From positions 18,228,001-18,292,000 of the forward strand of contig CM106586.1 of assembly GCA_048013815.1 (NCBI GenBank): a stretch of DNA of 64,000 bases, given 5' to 3'. The notes beneath the pieces are model-generated. The model made no database searches. It saw only the letters and a list, made by a program, of their open reading frames with translations, and was not told the origin of the DNA. The position numbers and the translations under genes are program-made. Below, piece after piece: positions 1 to 12,678 of this stretch. Position 1 is the stretch's first letter, and each line of letters opens with the position of its first letter. This stretch comes from Setoptus koraiensis (lineage: Eukaryota; Animalia; Arthropoda).

Positions 1-1582
1 TGCAGCTCGACTTTGTCCAATGAGTTGCTGTCTCAGCTCGCCCTCTCATAACAACAACCTCCCCCAGTGACAGCCCGCAGTTGGGCATACGATACACAAA
101 TATTGCACCCCTTGATCGATCAGGTGCGCGATTGAGTCTCTGAAACACGACGGATCGTCCCCAATTAGTTGCTATTTTCCTATTTTATCAAACATTTTTT
201 CGTTTCAAATAGTAGCCCAAGCAGACTCGACGGATATTCTCTGTAAAAGCTACACTCGTGCCAAGACTGTTGCGAGTAAGTGCGAAAAAAATCCGCGAGG
301 GGCGACGCCGCTAACTGCTGCTTCCGCCATTCGTTGCGGCAGTCACACATGTAAGTTTGCATGAGCTTGCTGTCTGCAGGATAATCGACGTGTCAGAGTA
401 ACTCGTCATGCGCTCACTCTTTCCCCATGCTCACAGCTGACAGCGCCAAGTTTAACTTGCGATAATTTGTGCGCGTCTAGTGCTTCGGATGTGCATTGAA
501 AAACGCTGGATATTGTTATAATCGCTCATTCAACGCTCGCGGAGGCAACAGTAGTTTGACATCTGTCAAAGTCGCTAATCACTCCAGATGATCAAATCGT
601 ATGTGATGAATTGAACGACAACACACAAGTGCAAACGTTCACCGGAACAATCTGCAGCTGACTGTGCTCTCCGCTCGGGCCAACAGCGCCTCTAGTGGGC
701 ATTTTTGCACTCTGCGCACAGGCAGCACCGAAAGTGATGGAGCGCACAGCTAGCGTCAAAAGTAATGGAGCGCTCCCAACTCCCATAGCTGCCCAGCCGG
801 AAGCCATGACCCATGTTTTTCTGTTATTCAATACCTGTTTCTTCCGCTGCTACAGGCCGGTGCTGCCTGGACTCTCGACAGCGGCAGCAGCGATTCAAAT
901 TGCAGAATGTCACACGCGTAAACTGTTAAAAAAAGTCATTTGCGAGATTCGCTCGAGCAAGAAATAAGTGAGCCCCATCATACAAGATTGTCGTGTCATT
1001 TTTCCGCCTGTACATGTACTGTAATGCGATTGTACATGCGGGGTCCGTACAGGCAAATCTGGGAGACTGGTGATGGGAGCGCGGGCAAGCTCACTGTGCT
1101 ATGTTTAGAAGGGAGGGAGGCGCGCTGCAGTAGTAGCGCGAGATAGTGGAGTCTGGCCGCGTTATAGCCGCGTCGAACGTCTGCAGGCCGACAATCGGGG
1201 AAAGCAAGCGCCGAACAGATTTCAATTGGCCTGCCGGCGGGCAACATCGTTTTGAGCCAATGAGCTCGACGCTTCAAACGCAGCACTAGTGACACCGCAC
1301 GGAGAGGGAATGAATCTTGTATGTGCACACCAAAAGAGCGAACCAAAAGATTTTGTAGCAGTGCAAACTTGCGTTGGCTACGCAAGCAGCGACGAGAGCG
1401 ACGTTAGCACAGTGACAGCGATGGGGGCAGCATGTGTGCAGTGCATGTTCTCTTATGCTACATCATCATAAGCGCTGTTTAAAGGTGAATCACCGCAGAT
1501 CGAACTGTGTCCTGTGTGCGCCGGCAACAACAAGATCAACTTTTTGTCGACAACTGCCACAACTCGCTGCCATATACATGCG

Positions 1583-1797
1583 AACAATTCGCTTTTGCTC
1601 AACAGTTCGCTTTTCACTTGACAATTCGCTCTTCGCTCGACAATTCGCTCTTCGCTCGACAATTCGCTTTTCGCCCAAAAATTCGATTCTGCCCGACAGT
1701 TCGATTCCGCTCAACAATTCGATTCCGCTCAACAATTCGGTTTTGCTCAACAATTCGATTTTGCTCAACAATTCGATTTTGCTCAACAATTCGATTC
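1583..1797. repeat. 18-19 bp minisatellite (unit approx. ACAATTCGATTTTGCTCA), ~11 degenerate units
   Basis: Direct tandem repetition visible; explains the repetitive ORFs 1434..1820, 1490..1789 and 1507..1806. Confidence 0.9.
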
Positions 1798-2056
1798 GAT
1801 CTCTAGGGGAGTATCGCTAGGGCACTGCAGGCAGCAAGAGTTGCGTCGCTGCCAATTAATTCTCTTCACCTATTGACGACGACAAAGAGGAAGTCGATTA
1901 TTGTTTGGCAACGATCAACTAGTGTCGACAGACCCAATCAGTCAGCAGTGTGCAACAGTAAAAGCGCTTGATATATTGATTGATGCATTGATATTGATAT
2001 ACGGTAATAAAGAAGCAGGAGCAAAGAAGCCAGCAAATATTATTTGCCAGGATTTA

Positions 2057-2064
2057 CACACACA

Positions 2065-2107
<43 letters not shown>

Positions 2108-2180
2108 TTACACTGTGTGAGTTGCACACACTGACAAACGCACACACGCACACATTTGCTGGCACACACACACACACACC
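2057..2180. repeat. (CA)n microsatellite cluster
   Basis: Interrupted CA runs at 2057-2107 and 2140-2180. Confidence 0.95.
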
Positions 2181-2657
2181 TCAGGGAAAAACCGCACAGA
2201 TGATCTAGAGAATCTATTTTTGTTGTTTAGTATAGTAGACACACTAGAAGGCAACATCCAGTTGAAGTAAGAGCGACGCCAGGATTAGTACACATCATAC
2301 TTGTTAGTGTGTTATTCACCATTAGAGAGACATCATTGCAAACTTTTACATTTATTAGTACACATCATCATAAGGATCGTCGCCGGGATAGTCGTTCACA
2401 TTATTATTATTAACGTATTATTATTGATATATCCACGACACCACCAACAACAACAATTATCTCTCAAGACAGTACACCAATTAATGAATGGTATTACATT
2501 GACCACCACACCGACAACACCGTTTATTCAATTCGTGAATCATTAGTCGTTATTATTTAATTGTTTTCATTAAATAATAATAGTATCACAGTGATATAGT
2601 AATCCTCACTAGACCAATAGAGTAACTAAAATACACACAATACAACAATTTACCAAT

Positions 2658-4844
2658 ATGAGAGAACATATTCCTCTAATAGCCCTAGTGGTGCTATTAT
2701 GCTCCTATTCTATTTGGGCAAAGGAAAAAGAAAAGGAAGACATTGGTACTGTTATTGGTATCGATTTGGGTACCACATACTCATGTGTAGGAGTTTACAA
2801 GAACGGACAGGTGGAAATTATACCCAATGACCAGGGTAATCGTATCACGCCCTCGGTGGTTGCATTTACGGCCGACGCTGAGCGTCTCATTGGTGATGCT
2901 GCCAAAAATCAACTTACCTCAAATCCGGAGAACACCGTATTCGATGTCAAACGTCTCATTGGTAGAGAATTCGACGATCCCACCGTTCAACACGACATCA
3001 AATATCTCCCCTACAAGAGTAAGTTTGCCTTGCGGCCGATCAACAACCGCAAATATATAACCATGTTGTTATATCAACACGATTATATATTTGCTCATAT
3101 GTATATGACCCTGATGACTGTCATAATCCTGTATTGACGCTCACACTGATATTGATAATCTCTCTTTTCTTTCATCTGATAATCATTTCAATCGCCCGTT
3201 CTATCGCAACGTGCAGTCGTCAATAAACAAAACAAGCCCTACATCAAGGTAAAGGTCAGCGGCGAGGACAAGGTGTTCGCACCAGAAGAAATCAGCTCCA
3301 TGGTCTTGTCCAAAATGAAGGAGGTGGCCGAGCAATATCTCAATAAGAAGGTCACTCATGCCGTTGTCACGGTACCCGCTTATTTCAACGATGCCCAACG
3401 TCAGGCCACCAAGGACGCTGGCGCTATTGCTGGGCTAAACGTTATGAGAATCATCAATGAACCTACAGCGGCAGCCATCGCTTTCGGTGTCGACAAACGT
3501 AGCAAGGGCGAAAAGAACATCATTGTCTACGATTTGGGTGGTGGTACCTTCGATGTGTCTCTGCTCACAATAGAACAGGGTGTCTTCGAGGTGGCAGCGA
3601 CTAGCGGTGACACTCACTTGGGTGGTGAAGATTTCGATCAGAAAGTCATGGACCATTTCATCAAGATGTACTTAAAGAAGACAGGAAAAGACATTCGCAA
3701 AGACCACCGTGCTGTGCAAAAGTTACGTCGTGAAGTCGAGAAGGCCAAGAGAGTTCTAAGTTCAGCACCACAGACCACAATTGAGATTGACTCATTCTTT
3801 GAGGGTGAAGAGTTCTCTGAAACGTTGTCCAGGTCCAAATTTGAGGAGCTCAACATGGAATTGTTTAGATCCACATTGAAGCCAGTGAAGAAAGTCTTGG
3901 AGGACGCAGGCCTGACTAAAAGCCAAATTCATGAAATTGTACTCGTTGGTGGCTCTACTCGTATACCAAAGATCCAACAGTTAGTGCGCGACTTCTTTGA
4001 TGGCAAAGAACCCTCACTGGGTATCAACCCAGATGAGGCCATTGCTTATGGTGCAGCCGTTCAGGCCGGAGTGTTAAGTGGCGAGGACAGCACAAATGAT
4101 CTTGTTCTGCTCGATGTCAACCCACTCACTATGGGTATCGAAACGATTGGAGGTGTCATGACCACATTGATCAAGAGAAATACAGTTATTCCAACCAAAA
4201 AGTCTGAAATCTTCAGTACAGCCAGTGATAATCAAAACACCGTCACTATCCAGGTTTATGAGGGTGAGCGTCCAATGACAAAGGACAATCATTTATTAGG
4301 AAAATTCGACTTGACAGGAATTCCTCCAGCTCCCCGAGGAGTGCCACAAATTGAGGTTACTTTCGAAATCGATGTCAATGGTATACTGAAGGTGTCTGCC
4401 GAGGATAAGGGTACTGGCAGCAAACAAAGTATAACTATTACCAATGATCAGAACAGATTGAAACCTGAGGATATCGACAGGATGATCAAAGAGGCCGAGA
4501 AGTTTGCTGATGATGACAAGAAGTTAAAGGAACGCGTTGAGGCTAAGAACGAGTTGGAGTCATACGCCTACTCCCTTAAGAACCAATTGCAAGATAAAGA
4601 AAAACTAGGCGGCAAACTATCTGAGGATGACAAGACAAAGATTGAAGAATCAGCCGAGGATGCTGTCAAATGGGTAGAATCCAATCCTTCAGCTGACGCT
4701 GAGGAATTGAGAGCCAAAAAGAAGGAGCTTGAGGGTATTGTTACACCTATTATCACCAAACTTTATCAATCTGATAAATCAGGTCCAAAGGCAACCCCGA
4801 GCGACGACGAGGAGAAACCCGCAGAAGAGCATGACGAGTTGTAG
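2658..4844 (+). CDS. HSPA5: ER chaperone BiP/GRP78 (Hsp70), 2 exons: 2658-3018 and 3217-4844, 662 aa
   Basis: Signal peptide, [32 protein letters not shown] and C-terminal HDEL. Phase-1 intron GTAAGT(3019)..TGCAG(3216) joins ...[14 protein letters not shown] in frame. Confidence 0.97.
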
Positions 4845-5457
4845 GAATATAAGCATTACCATTCGATTTGTATAGAGATTATTTGTATCAATTCAATAAT
4901 AAATTATTATTAACTTAGCTCACCTTGTCAGTGATTTATAGATATGTTCTCTGGATCTTTTCCACTTGAGTAGTAGTTACAAAACTTAATTGTTTGTGCT
5001 TATAACTAGATACCTGAATACACAATACAACTGATTCGTCCATTGACTCAACAGACACAACAGTGGCCTTTGGATGGAATGAGCTTTTTTGATACCCTGT
5101 ACGGAGACATAGGTAAACATTGCTTACTTTATCAGTGTACTCTCTATTATAATGATGGTTAATCATAAAAACAGGCGTGTTTGATATTGTTATGTAATCA
5201 TAGATTAACTGTTCATCATTGCCATCATCGAACTGCTTTCATAGTATTATATAATTATTGTTTTATGATTTCGTAAGATAAGCCCAATTAGTAAATAGAT
5301 GAATTGAATTGTTGGTACAAGGAGAAAAGTTGCGATCACAAATTGAAGCTACAGAATGAGAAGATGACTTGCAATGTAATGAGCTTTCAAGTATGACAAA
5401 TATTTTATTATTGAAATTATTGCTTTTACAAGATATATCTCTAAAATTTTCACAACC

Positions 5458-6566
5458 ATGAGTAAATCGGTGAGAATAATCGATCCAGGAAGTAAAGTTA
5501 TATTCATACCACGCCAAGAATCTCAAGATGGTCCGGCCAAGCAGGCACCTACTAGCGGGTCACAGTTTAGAATAGTGAGAGAGCCCACCGTAAACGTAAA
5601 GAATAATCCGATAATTGCCCTACAACCACCATTTTTCGTCCGCTATGCCAATGTGCTCGTACTGCCACAACACGAACGAAATGACTTCAATATCAGATAT
5701 TTCAGAGGACAAGAATTCAAAGTGGGGCCAATATTTATGTTTGTTATAACGGTTATCCAGATAAGCGTTCATCTTTATTGTTCCATCTACAACATGATAG
5801 ACACCATGCCCAATGGCAGGTGTTATCTGAAAAACCTGTTTGCGTTCAACTCAGCAAGACGATACGAATTCTGGCGCTATCTCACATACATGCTAATACA
5901 TAGGGATAATTCCCACCTGTTGCTGAACGTTCTGGTACAAACATTTGTTGGCTTCCCAATAGAGATGGTGCACGGCTTTAGGAGAACGTGTATCATCTAT
6001 ATTGGTGGAGTAATTGGAGGTTCACTGGGCCAGTCAGTATTGAATGGTGGCACTTATTGTCTTATTGGTGCATCTGCCGGAGTCTATAGCTTACTGGCAG
6101 CAATCCTGTCCAACATGATTGTAAATTGGAACGAATTGGATTATCGGTGGCTCAGATTTGTAACATACTTTGTATTCGTAACGGTCGATATTATTAGAAA
6201 TTTTAGCTTTGGTGACACTAACGTAAGTGTAATCAGTCACATGTTTGGGGCATTCTCTGGACTTTTGTTGGGACTATATTTCGTGAAGAATCTGCGAATT
6301 GAAAAGTGGGAGATTGCATTAGGGACAGTGGGCCTGATTATCTATGTTATCGTAATGGTAAGTATGACATATTTATCAATCCCAGTTGCTATTAGTCTGC
6401 TGCTTACTGACAAAACTAATATTTGACCTTTATTTTATTCGTATTTCAGGTTTTTGCAATATTGTTCAATTTTTTTATCAAGGATTTTTATCCATTCCCT
6501 GACTACACTAGTCTTCAATCATTTACTATATGTCAATCATTCAGATACTCCGAAGATAGAAATTAG
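5458..6566 (+). CDS. Rhomboid intramembrane serine protease (catalytically intact), exons 5458-6357 and 6450-6566
   Basis: WR motif (EFWRYLTY), H..N (HLLLN), catalytic GASAG and SHMFG. Phase-0 intron GTAAGT(6358)..TTTCAG(6449) adds VFAILFNFF...RN*. Confidence 0.92.
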
Positions 6567-7537
6567 TTTTTAAACAAATAAAAAAAGTACGTTGAGACGG
6601 CTTAAATCATAGCTATCTGGTTGTTGCAATTCATTGCTGGAGCCCCAAACTCTAAAGGTAATGTCACCTTCAACCATCATATTGTCTATTATATGATACA
6701 AAGCAAAAACCGTCAGAGAGTAGAGTAGTGGATCGTTGATATGCAATGGAACTCTGAAGTAAGATACTTCCACTTCGGATGTCTATCTCTACAAATACTA
6801 GTCGACGCATAAGGATGTGTAGCAGCTAAAGGGTATCTGAAAAATTTTTGATCTGAGGTTGAGATTTTCTTCTATGGGTAGAGTATCGATAGTTGATCAT
6901 CAAGCATTGTGAGCGGATCCTCTTGTCACACACATTTCTGACAAAATCTAGTAGTTTTGTCATTTTTCACTAGTTTTTCCAACTTTTTGGCCCGAACCTG
7001 TGGTCGCACAATAAATTGGGTCGGCAGACGGCTAGGTCTTGCCAAGATGCGTGTGTTGGCGAAGAAAAAATGGCAAAAAAGTATGGACTCGACCCCTCTG
7101 ACCGCACATATTACGGAAATTAGTTTTCACACAAATAAAAATAGATCGTCCAGATTGCTCAAGTTATCAGTGGTATCCCATGGTTGTGGCTCGTTGTTGG
7201 CTTCCAAAACCTCACGGTTGCGTCACATGATCCGCCAAAAATATGTTGATGATCACATTTGAAGCTATGGTAAATCCATAGAGAATGTTGAATATTATCC
7301 ATGTAGGATCTTTCAGCTTTTGATGACCATTTCTAAGGATACGTGTATTAAGCTCATTATTCAAGCATAACTTGAAGTTATCTATGTCTTATTGCAAAAT
7401 GTGGTTATTGTAATGCATCGATCTGACTCCATGGCATCTCTTTATTCCTATCGACCGCATATAACCATCGCGACTCCATTGCAAGTTAGGAGGCGTCCAT
7501 CTGTTCAAGAAGCATCATTATTCTCATACACGTCGAA

Positions 7538-9722
7538 TCAGACTGTATGTTGTAATACCAATATTATGCCCGAAAAAATCCACCCAATTAGCTATGGAAT
7601 ATAGAAAAAAAATGATGCAATACATGAAATAAGATGTAAATATCGATGAATCAGAATTCAACGATTCACAGTTTAGATTCATGATATACTAACCATTGGC
7701 AGATTGCCGAGAGTCAGCGGGTCTACTGCGAGGATGCAAAGAGCCACATTGTGGGTATCAAGTAGATCCTCTTCGATCGACGACAATTGTTGGAGATTCC
7801 AGCTAGTCATGACGGAATTATAGGCCATAAGATTCTGTATGGCATGGTAAATAGCCTTGAACTGGAAACATGATTGAATGGATATAAAATACGGATTGTA
7901 TCTCGGATATTAGTTGTGGGGATTGGGAAATAACAAGAGATACGCTCTCATCTCAGCCCAGTTTTATCTGTCAATAAGTTATTCCTAGGGCCATGTTACA
8001 TTATCATTGAAAGTCTTAGTATAACTAGTAGTGATGACATCAGAGAAAAAATCGTGAGGCATGTGAGGTTGTGTGGGCGTTGTGAGAGAATGGGATGAGG
8101 GGGAGCATAGGCGAGAACTTTCGACTAATCACTCGTTGACAAATGGCTCGTATCATGATGATTACCTTAGAATGAACGAGTGCAGATGCAAAACTGAACT
8201 CTAAGATGGGAAGCAAATAGGCTTGCAAAAGAAGACACAGTATTTGAACTTCCATATCGCTCAGGTTTTTATTCCCAATGAGCTCTGACAGAGTCAATAT
8301 AACACACGGTAACTTGAAAAGAAGTTCCAAGTTTATGTCAAGTGTAAAACGTTGCTTCAGAAAGTCAAACTCCGAGCGCAGCTCCATAATCATGCTGACG
8401 AGTCTATCGATTTCCTCGGAGTGATCACTCCAAATGGAATTCGTTCCATTTTTTTCAATAATTGTATCGACCAATGGATGTAGATGATGAACAGTGGACT
8501 TTTCTTTGGTGATATCAGTGTCCCGGTTAGTTTGATAGTTTGTCTTTGTGTTACGATTCATCAAAGTCACTATGCTGAATGTCCGCGAACGTTTTTTGTT
8601 GGACCGGAACAGTTCAATTAACTGTCGAGAAAACTCGAGCGTACGCTTAGCTTTGCAATAACAGACCATAATGTGGAAAGCAAAGAGATTTACCTCCATA
8701 AATTGGCCCATTAAGATCAGAAAAGCGATGACAAGAAACAAAAAATGAATAAAACGCTGCCTCATGAATAGCGAGAACGAATCGCCACAGTAGCTGAGCT
8801 CCACCATTAAAGCGGTTCTTATAATTGGTATCCCACAACCAAAAAAAATCAGCATTCCTAGTATGGTCAAATGGGAGATTATTCTCAATGATTCTAAATC
8901 CATTATGTGCAGGGACTCGTTTAGAAGTAGGTGCTTTGGGAATTTTAGCTGATAATTGATTTCTCGGAAGTCATCGTCGAAATTGATTTTTTGTTTGCAG
9001 TTCGCTCGTGCCGAACGCTTCGGAACCACATCCGACAAGTCCGAACCACGGACAGCAAGATGATCACGTTGATTATTGGTTGCTTTGAGAAATTGACCTC
9101 GATGCTCTTTATCCGACAATGAGGCAGTTGGACACTGAAACTTGCATTGCTGAGTGCTCTCGGTGGTTCTCCTACGATGCGCCTTATCTCTACTTTGAAC
9201 CCTATCTGTGAGACCCAAAACATAGATCCAACCTCTAGGAGTTAATTCGAGGCAGTTAATGTATGTGTATCCCAAGTATTGGCGTCCAGTCTTCTTCCTC
9301 ATATTTGCGACGATGTTCATAGTACGAAATACGTAGACTTCTGTGAGAAGTATGGCAACAACTCTGTTCATCATTTGGGTGAAGCCATAGGGGGCAAACA
9401 TGTCGACGATCAGATATTTCTCTTTGAATTCATGGATGAGACTTTTGCTGCCGAAGCCACAAACAATCGTACTATGGAGAAAGTAGAGTCCGCAAAGGAA
9501 GTCTAACAGTATCAATATAAGATAGCGCCGCTTCAGTTGTCTATTTCGCAGAAATAAGGCTACGCGAGCCCTCACTTCATCAATCAGTGTCCGCTTCTTT
9601 GTTTTCAGCTCCTGACAAAGTCTTTCTTCTTCATCGTCGGGCCGCATGCAAATTGCTGAACCGTTGTAGAATCTGATGATTAAGATGAAGTGCCGAACAA
9701 TACTGAATTTGAAGGTATCCAT
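7538..9722 (-). CDS. Gustatory-receptor-like multipass membrane protein GR-1; exons 9722-8166, 7861-7694, 7591-7538 (~592 aa)
   Basis: Several hydrophobic helices. Two phase-0 introns near the C-terminus (HSK|GTAATC; LPM|GTTAGT); exon 2 FKAIYHAIQNL...GNLPM; exon 3 LIGWIFSGIILVLQHTV*, resembling the GR TM7 motif. The family call rests on architecture, not a database hit. Confidence 0.75.
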
Positions 9723-10539
9723 ATCAATAATATCCACAGAAAAAGAAGGCGCCCCTTGTCAAATATTTTAAGAAATACGCAAAGTATATCTGAATGTTAT
9801 ATGAACCGCTCACACTGCGGAGAGTAGTGAGAGCTGAAATGGACTCATAAGAATATGCCTTAAAAAGCTCAGCGAAATCAATGTTGCGCTTCATGGACCA
9901 TTAGTTTCTTGCTGCAGAATTCTGTTAGTTTGAGCGTTTTTTGTGTGTTGCTTATTCTATCTTTTCAACATTTTTGGGCCCTTGATCCCTCATAAAAGCA
10001 TGTCGTTTGATTGCCCTATGCAGGCACGATAGAATTCGTTATTAAGGGATATGTTCCGACAGTCTAGCCACGTCTTGTGCAGTTCTCCTTCCTATTGTAT
10101 TGAAATGAAATCCAATCGGGAACAGAAAACACAAGAATGCGAAGCCGGAAGTTTGCGGAACAAGACATTCAGTTATCTTTGTCGAACGAAACCAGTGATC
10201 TAGATTCCAGATATCTGACCTAAAATAAGTCATGAACCAGGGCGAATCTATTATAAATTTGGTGGTTTTCGACAGATCTACCAAATCCTCAGAGCATATA
10301 GACGCTATGCGAGTTCCTTTGAACTCGTTTCGGAAAACAAAGGTTTGAATTATCTCTACACTGCATCCTAAGCAATGAGCTTGAGAAGTATTTTCTATTC
10401 TACCTCTCTGTCGAGGTATACATGCAGAATAATCACTTTAGTCTATACTTTTAGCAACCTCTTCGCACCATCTCATTTGCTCACAGCTCACCCTAGCCTG
10501 ATCTACAAGTTGCTCCTAACGTTTCATTATTATCTGGGG

Positions 10540-10900
10540 TAAGTTATGGAAAAGCGCGGAATGAGACTAGAGAAAACGAGAAAGATTTGAGGTAGCCTGT
10601 AGCATGTGAGGCAATGTGGGAGAGGTGAGCAACAGTGATATATAGGTGATAAGTAGGGTAGGGCAAATCGGTCACAACGAGGTTGTTTTGGTTTTTTCAG
10701 AAATTTTCGAGACACCATGCACAGTGGCTAAATTGTTACTACTGAAAAAGAAATTCCAGGTTTATGTCAAGTGTAAAACGTCGCTTTGTATGGTCAAAGT
10801 GCAAACGTGACTCCAAAATCATTCTGGCGAGACAGAATGAGCTCAGAAACCTCATCGCGATAAACGTTAGGATCGCGCTCCATGGACAATAGATTACATT
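10540..10900 (-). pseudogene. Degenerate GR relic (end of exon 1 plus intron-like sequence); duplicated at ~17600-17960
   Basis: AAAGAAATTCCAGGTTTATGTCAAGTGTAAAACGTCG matches the RFTLDINLEFLF region of GR-1/2; GAGAGGTGAGCA..GGTCACAA matches intron 1 of GR-3/4. Confidence 0.7.
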
Positions 10901-11189
10901 TCTCATATTCTAGTTAGTTCTAGCGTTTTGTATGTCGAAGCTACTTTAATCTCTCTCCACAACGTCATATGTAAGAGCTCTCGATATCGCATATGATGGT
11001 GAAAACTAGTGATTATGAAGAGAAAGGATTGAATTTCGGTTCTTTAGTGGCTACAAATAAGACTCAAAACCGTCGTGATGATCAGAATGACTCACTAAAC
11101 TTTAGAAAATTTTCAGGGTTGCGCTCTGCACAGCGATAATTCGTTTCGGGATCGATCTTCATTACCCTAGCGATAACTTTCCGCTCATC

Positions 11190-12345
11190 GCTAGGTTACA
11201 TAAGATGGATAAAAAACTGACAACATGATGGTCACCTTGAATTGTACACGAGCAGCAAAATAACTAAGAGCTACAATCGGAACTAGATATCTTTGCAGAA
11301 TAAGACAAAGTATTTGAATTTCCGTAACGCTCAGGTTCAGATTCGCAATGATCCCTACCAGAGTTAATATGGCACAAGGCATCTTGAATTATAGTTCCAA
11401 GTTTATGTCCGGTGTGAAACTTCGGTTTATAGGGCAAAAGTCCGAGCTCCAAAATCATTCTTACGAGTCTGTCTATTTCTTTGAATCGATTCACAACCTC
11501 CTTTCCCTAAAATTCGAAATATGCTGAATATTTCGGAATAGGCATGCTAGATGATTCATAATGGCCGACATCAACATGATCATGTTGCTCATTATTTGAA
11601 TCAATAAATCGATTTTGATATTCTTTATCTAACTATAAGGTAACCTGATATGGTTGACAGTGAGGCTTGCATTAACAGGATGACCGTATCTGACATCACC
11701 TCGTTCTTCGCTAGTCAAATTGACTTTCACTTCTGGTGAGGCATTTTTATAGAATCTCTTTCTTCTCTTCATCTCATTGGTGAAGAGATTTGGCACTAAC
11801 TTGTAGACTATTTCCTGTAACGTTGGATCGGACCTAATGTTGTCGAACGGTTTAGCTCCATGAAGAGAGATGCTACATTTTGGACAGGAATTGCTGCTAT
11901 TTTGCAGATAGATCACCAAGCATTCTCGGCAGAATGAGTGCAAACACTCTGTGATAGTAGTGGCATCTATTAGAAAACCACCGCATAACTTGCATCCAAT
12001 TAAATCATTGATTTGGCGTGCTGTGGATGGTTCTCTCACAATGCACCTTGTCTTTGCGTTGAACTCTATCTGTGAGGCTCAAAATATGACTCCAGGCTCT
12101 GGGTGTTAATTCGAGATAGTTCAGGTATGTCTTTTCCGGATCGCATCGTTGGCGTTGAGCGTCTATCCCCATATTAGAGACGATATTTTTCGTGTGAAAT
12201 TAGTAGACTTCTGTAAAAGGTATGGCCTATACTTTGTGCTTCATCTGAGAGAAGCCATACGAAGCAAACAGGTTGACGAATACTATCGAATGCATGGTGT
12301 TGATCACTCGCAGTCTGATATTTACTGGCAAAACTAACATTTGAC
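11190..12345 (-). pseudogene. GR pseudogene split into an N-terminal part (~12020-12345) and a C-terminal part (~11190-11485) by a foreign insert
   Basis: Frames read SFASK..NLFASYGFSQM..V*..EVY*FHTKNIVSNMGID..LELTPRAWSHILSLTDRVQRKDK and EIDRLVRMILEL..CAILTL..FAARVQFK|GTGACC, with stops and frameshifts. Confidence 0.8.
11629..12020 (-). pseudogene. Psc/BMI1 (PCGF)-type C3HC4 RING-finger gene fragment, no own ATG
   Basis: CKLCGGFLIDATTITECLHSFCRECL..CPKC..IRSDPTLQEIVYKLVPNLFTNEMKRRKRFY..EERG closely parallels the BMI1/Psc N-terminus. The listed ORF start is a GTG inside GR-derived sequence. Confidence 0.85.
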
Positions 12346-12678
12346 ATGCTTTTATTTTTTCCTCTTCTAGTTGAGGATATATTTCCATTCAATGACCAAA
12401 ATAGTCTTAGATGATTTACTCTATATCTTGCATAAAGGTATTCTTGAGACGGAAATTAGTTTTCACACAAATAAAAATAGATCGTCCAGATTGCTTAAGT
12501 TATCAGTATCCCGTGGTTGTGGCTCGTTGTTGGCTTCCAAAATCTCACGGTGCGTCACATGATCCGCCAAAAATATGTTGATGATCACATTTGAAGCTAT
12601 GGTAAATCCATAGAGAATGTTGAATATTATTCATGTAGGATCTTTCAGCTTTTGATGACCATTTCTAAGGATACTACA

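Larger units (their letters stand above)
7113..10996. repeat. Segmental duplication copy A (paired with 12449-18056)
   Basis: Near-identical sequence from ACGGAAATTAG (7113/12449) to GATATCGCATATGA (10996/18056). Copy B additionally has the Tc1 element and a 628-bp segment absent here. Confidence 0.93.

Noticed and set aside
1-1500. Splice-like signals (e.g. AG 212 / GTAAGT 276) and a WTLDSGSS copia-protease-like word near 865
   Set aside because: No consistent exon chain or recognisable domain could be assembled by hand.
1699-1708. GTTCGATTCC B-box-like motif (tRNA/SINE?)
   Set aside because: Part of the 18-bp minisatellite; no A-box or cloverleaf.
8040-8165. C-terminal tails of ORFs 8040, 14472, 19108 and 23343 (VIIM...RFFL etc.)
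   Set aside because: They begin exactly at a conserved AAG|GT donor and are intron read-through; the true C-termini are in two downstream exons.
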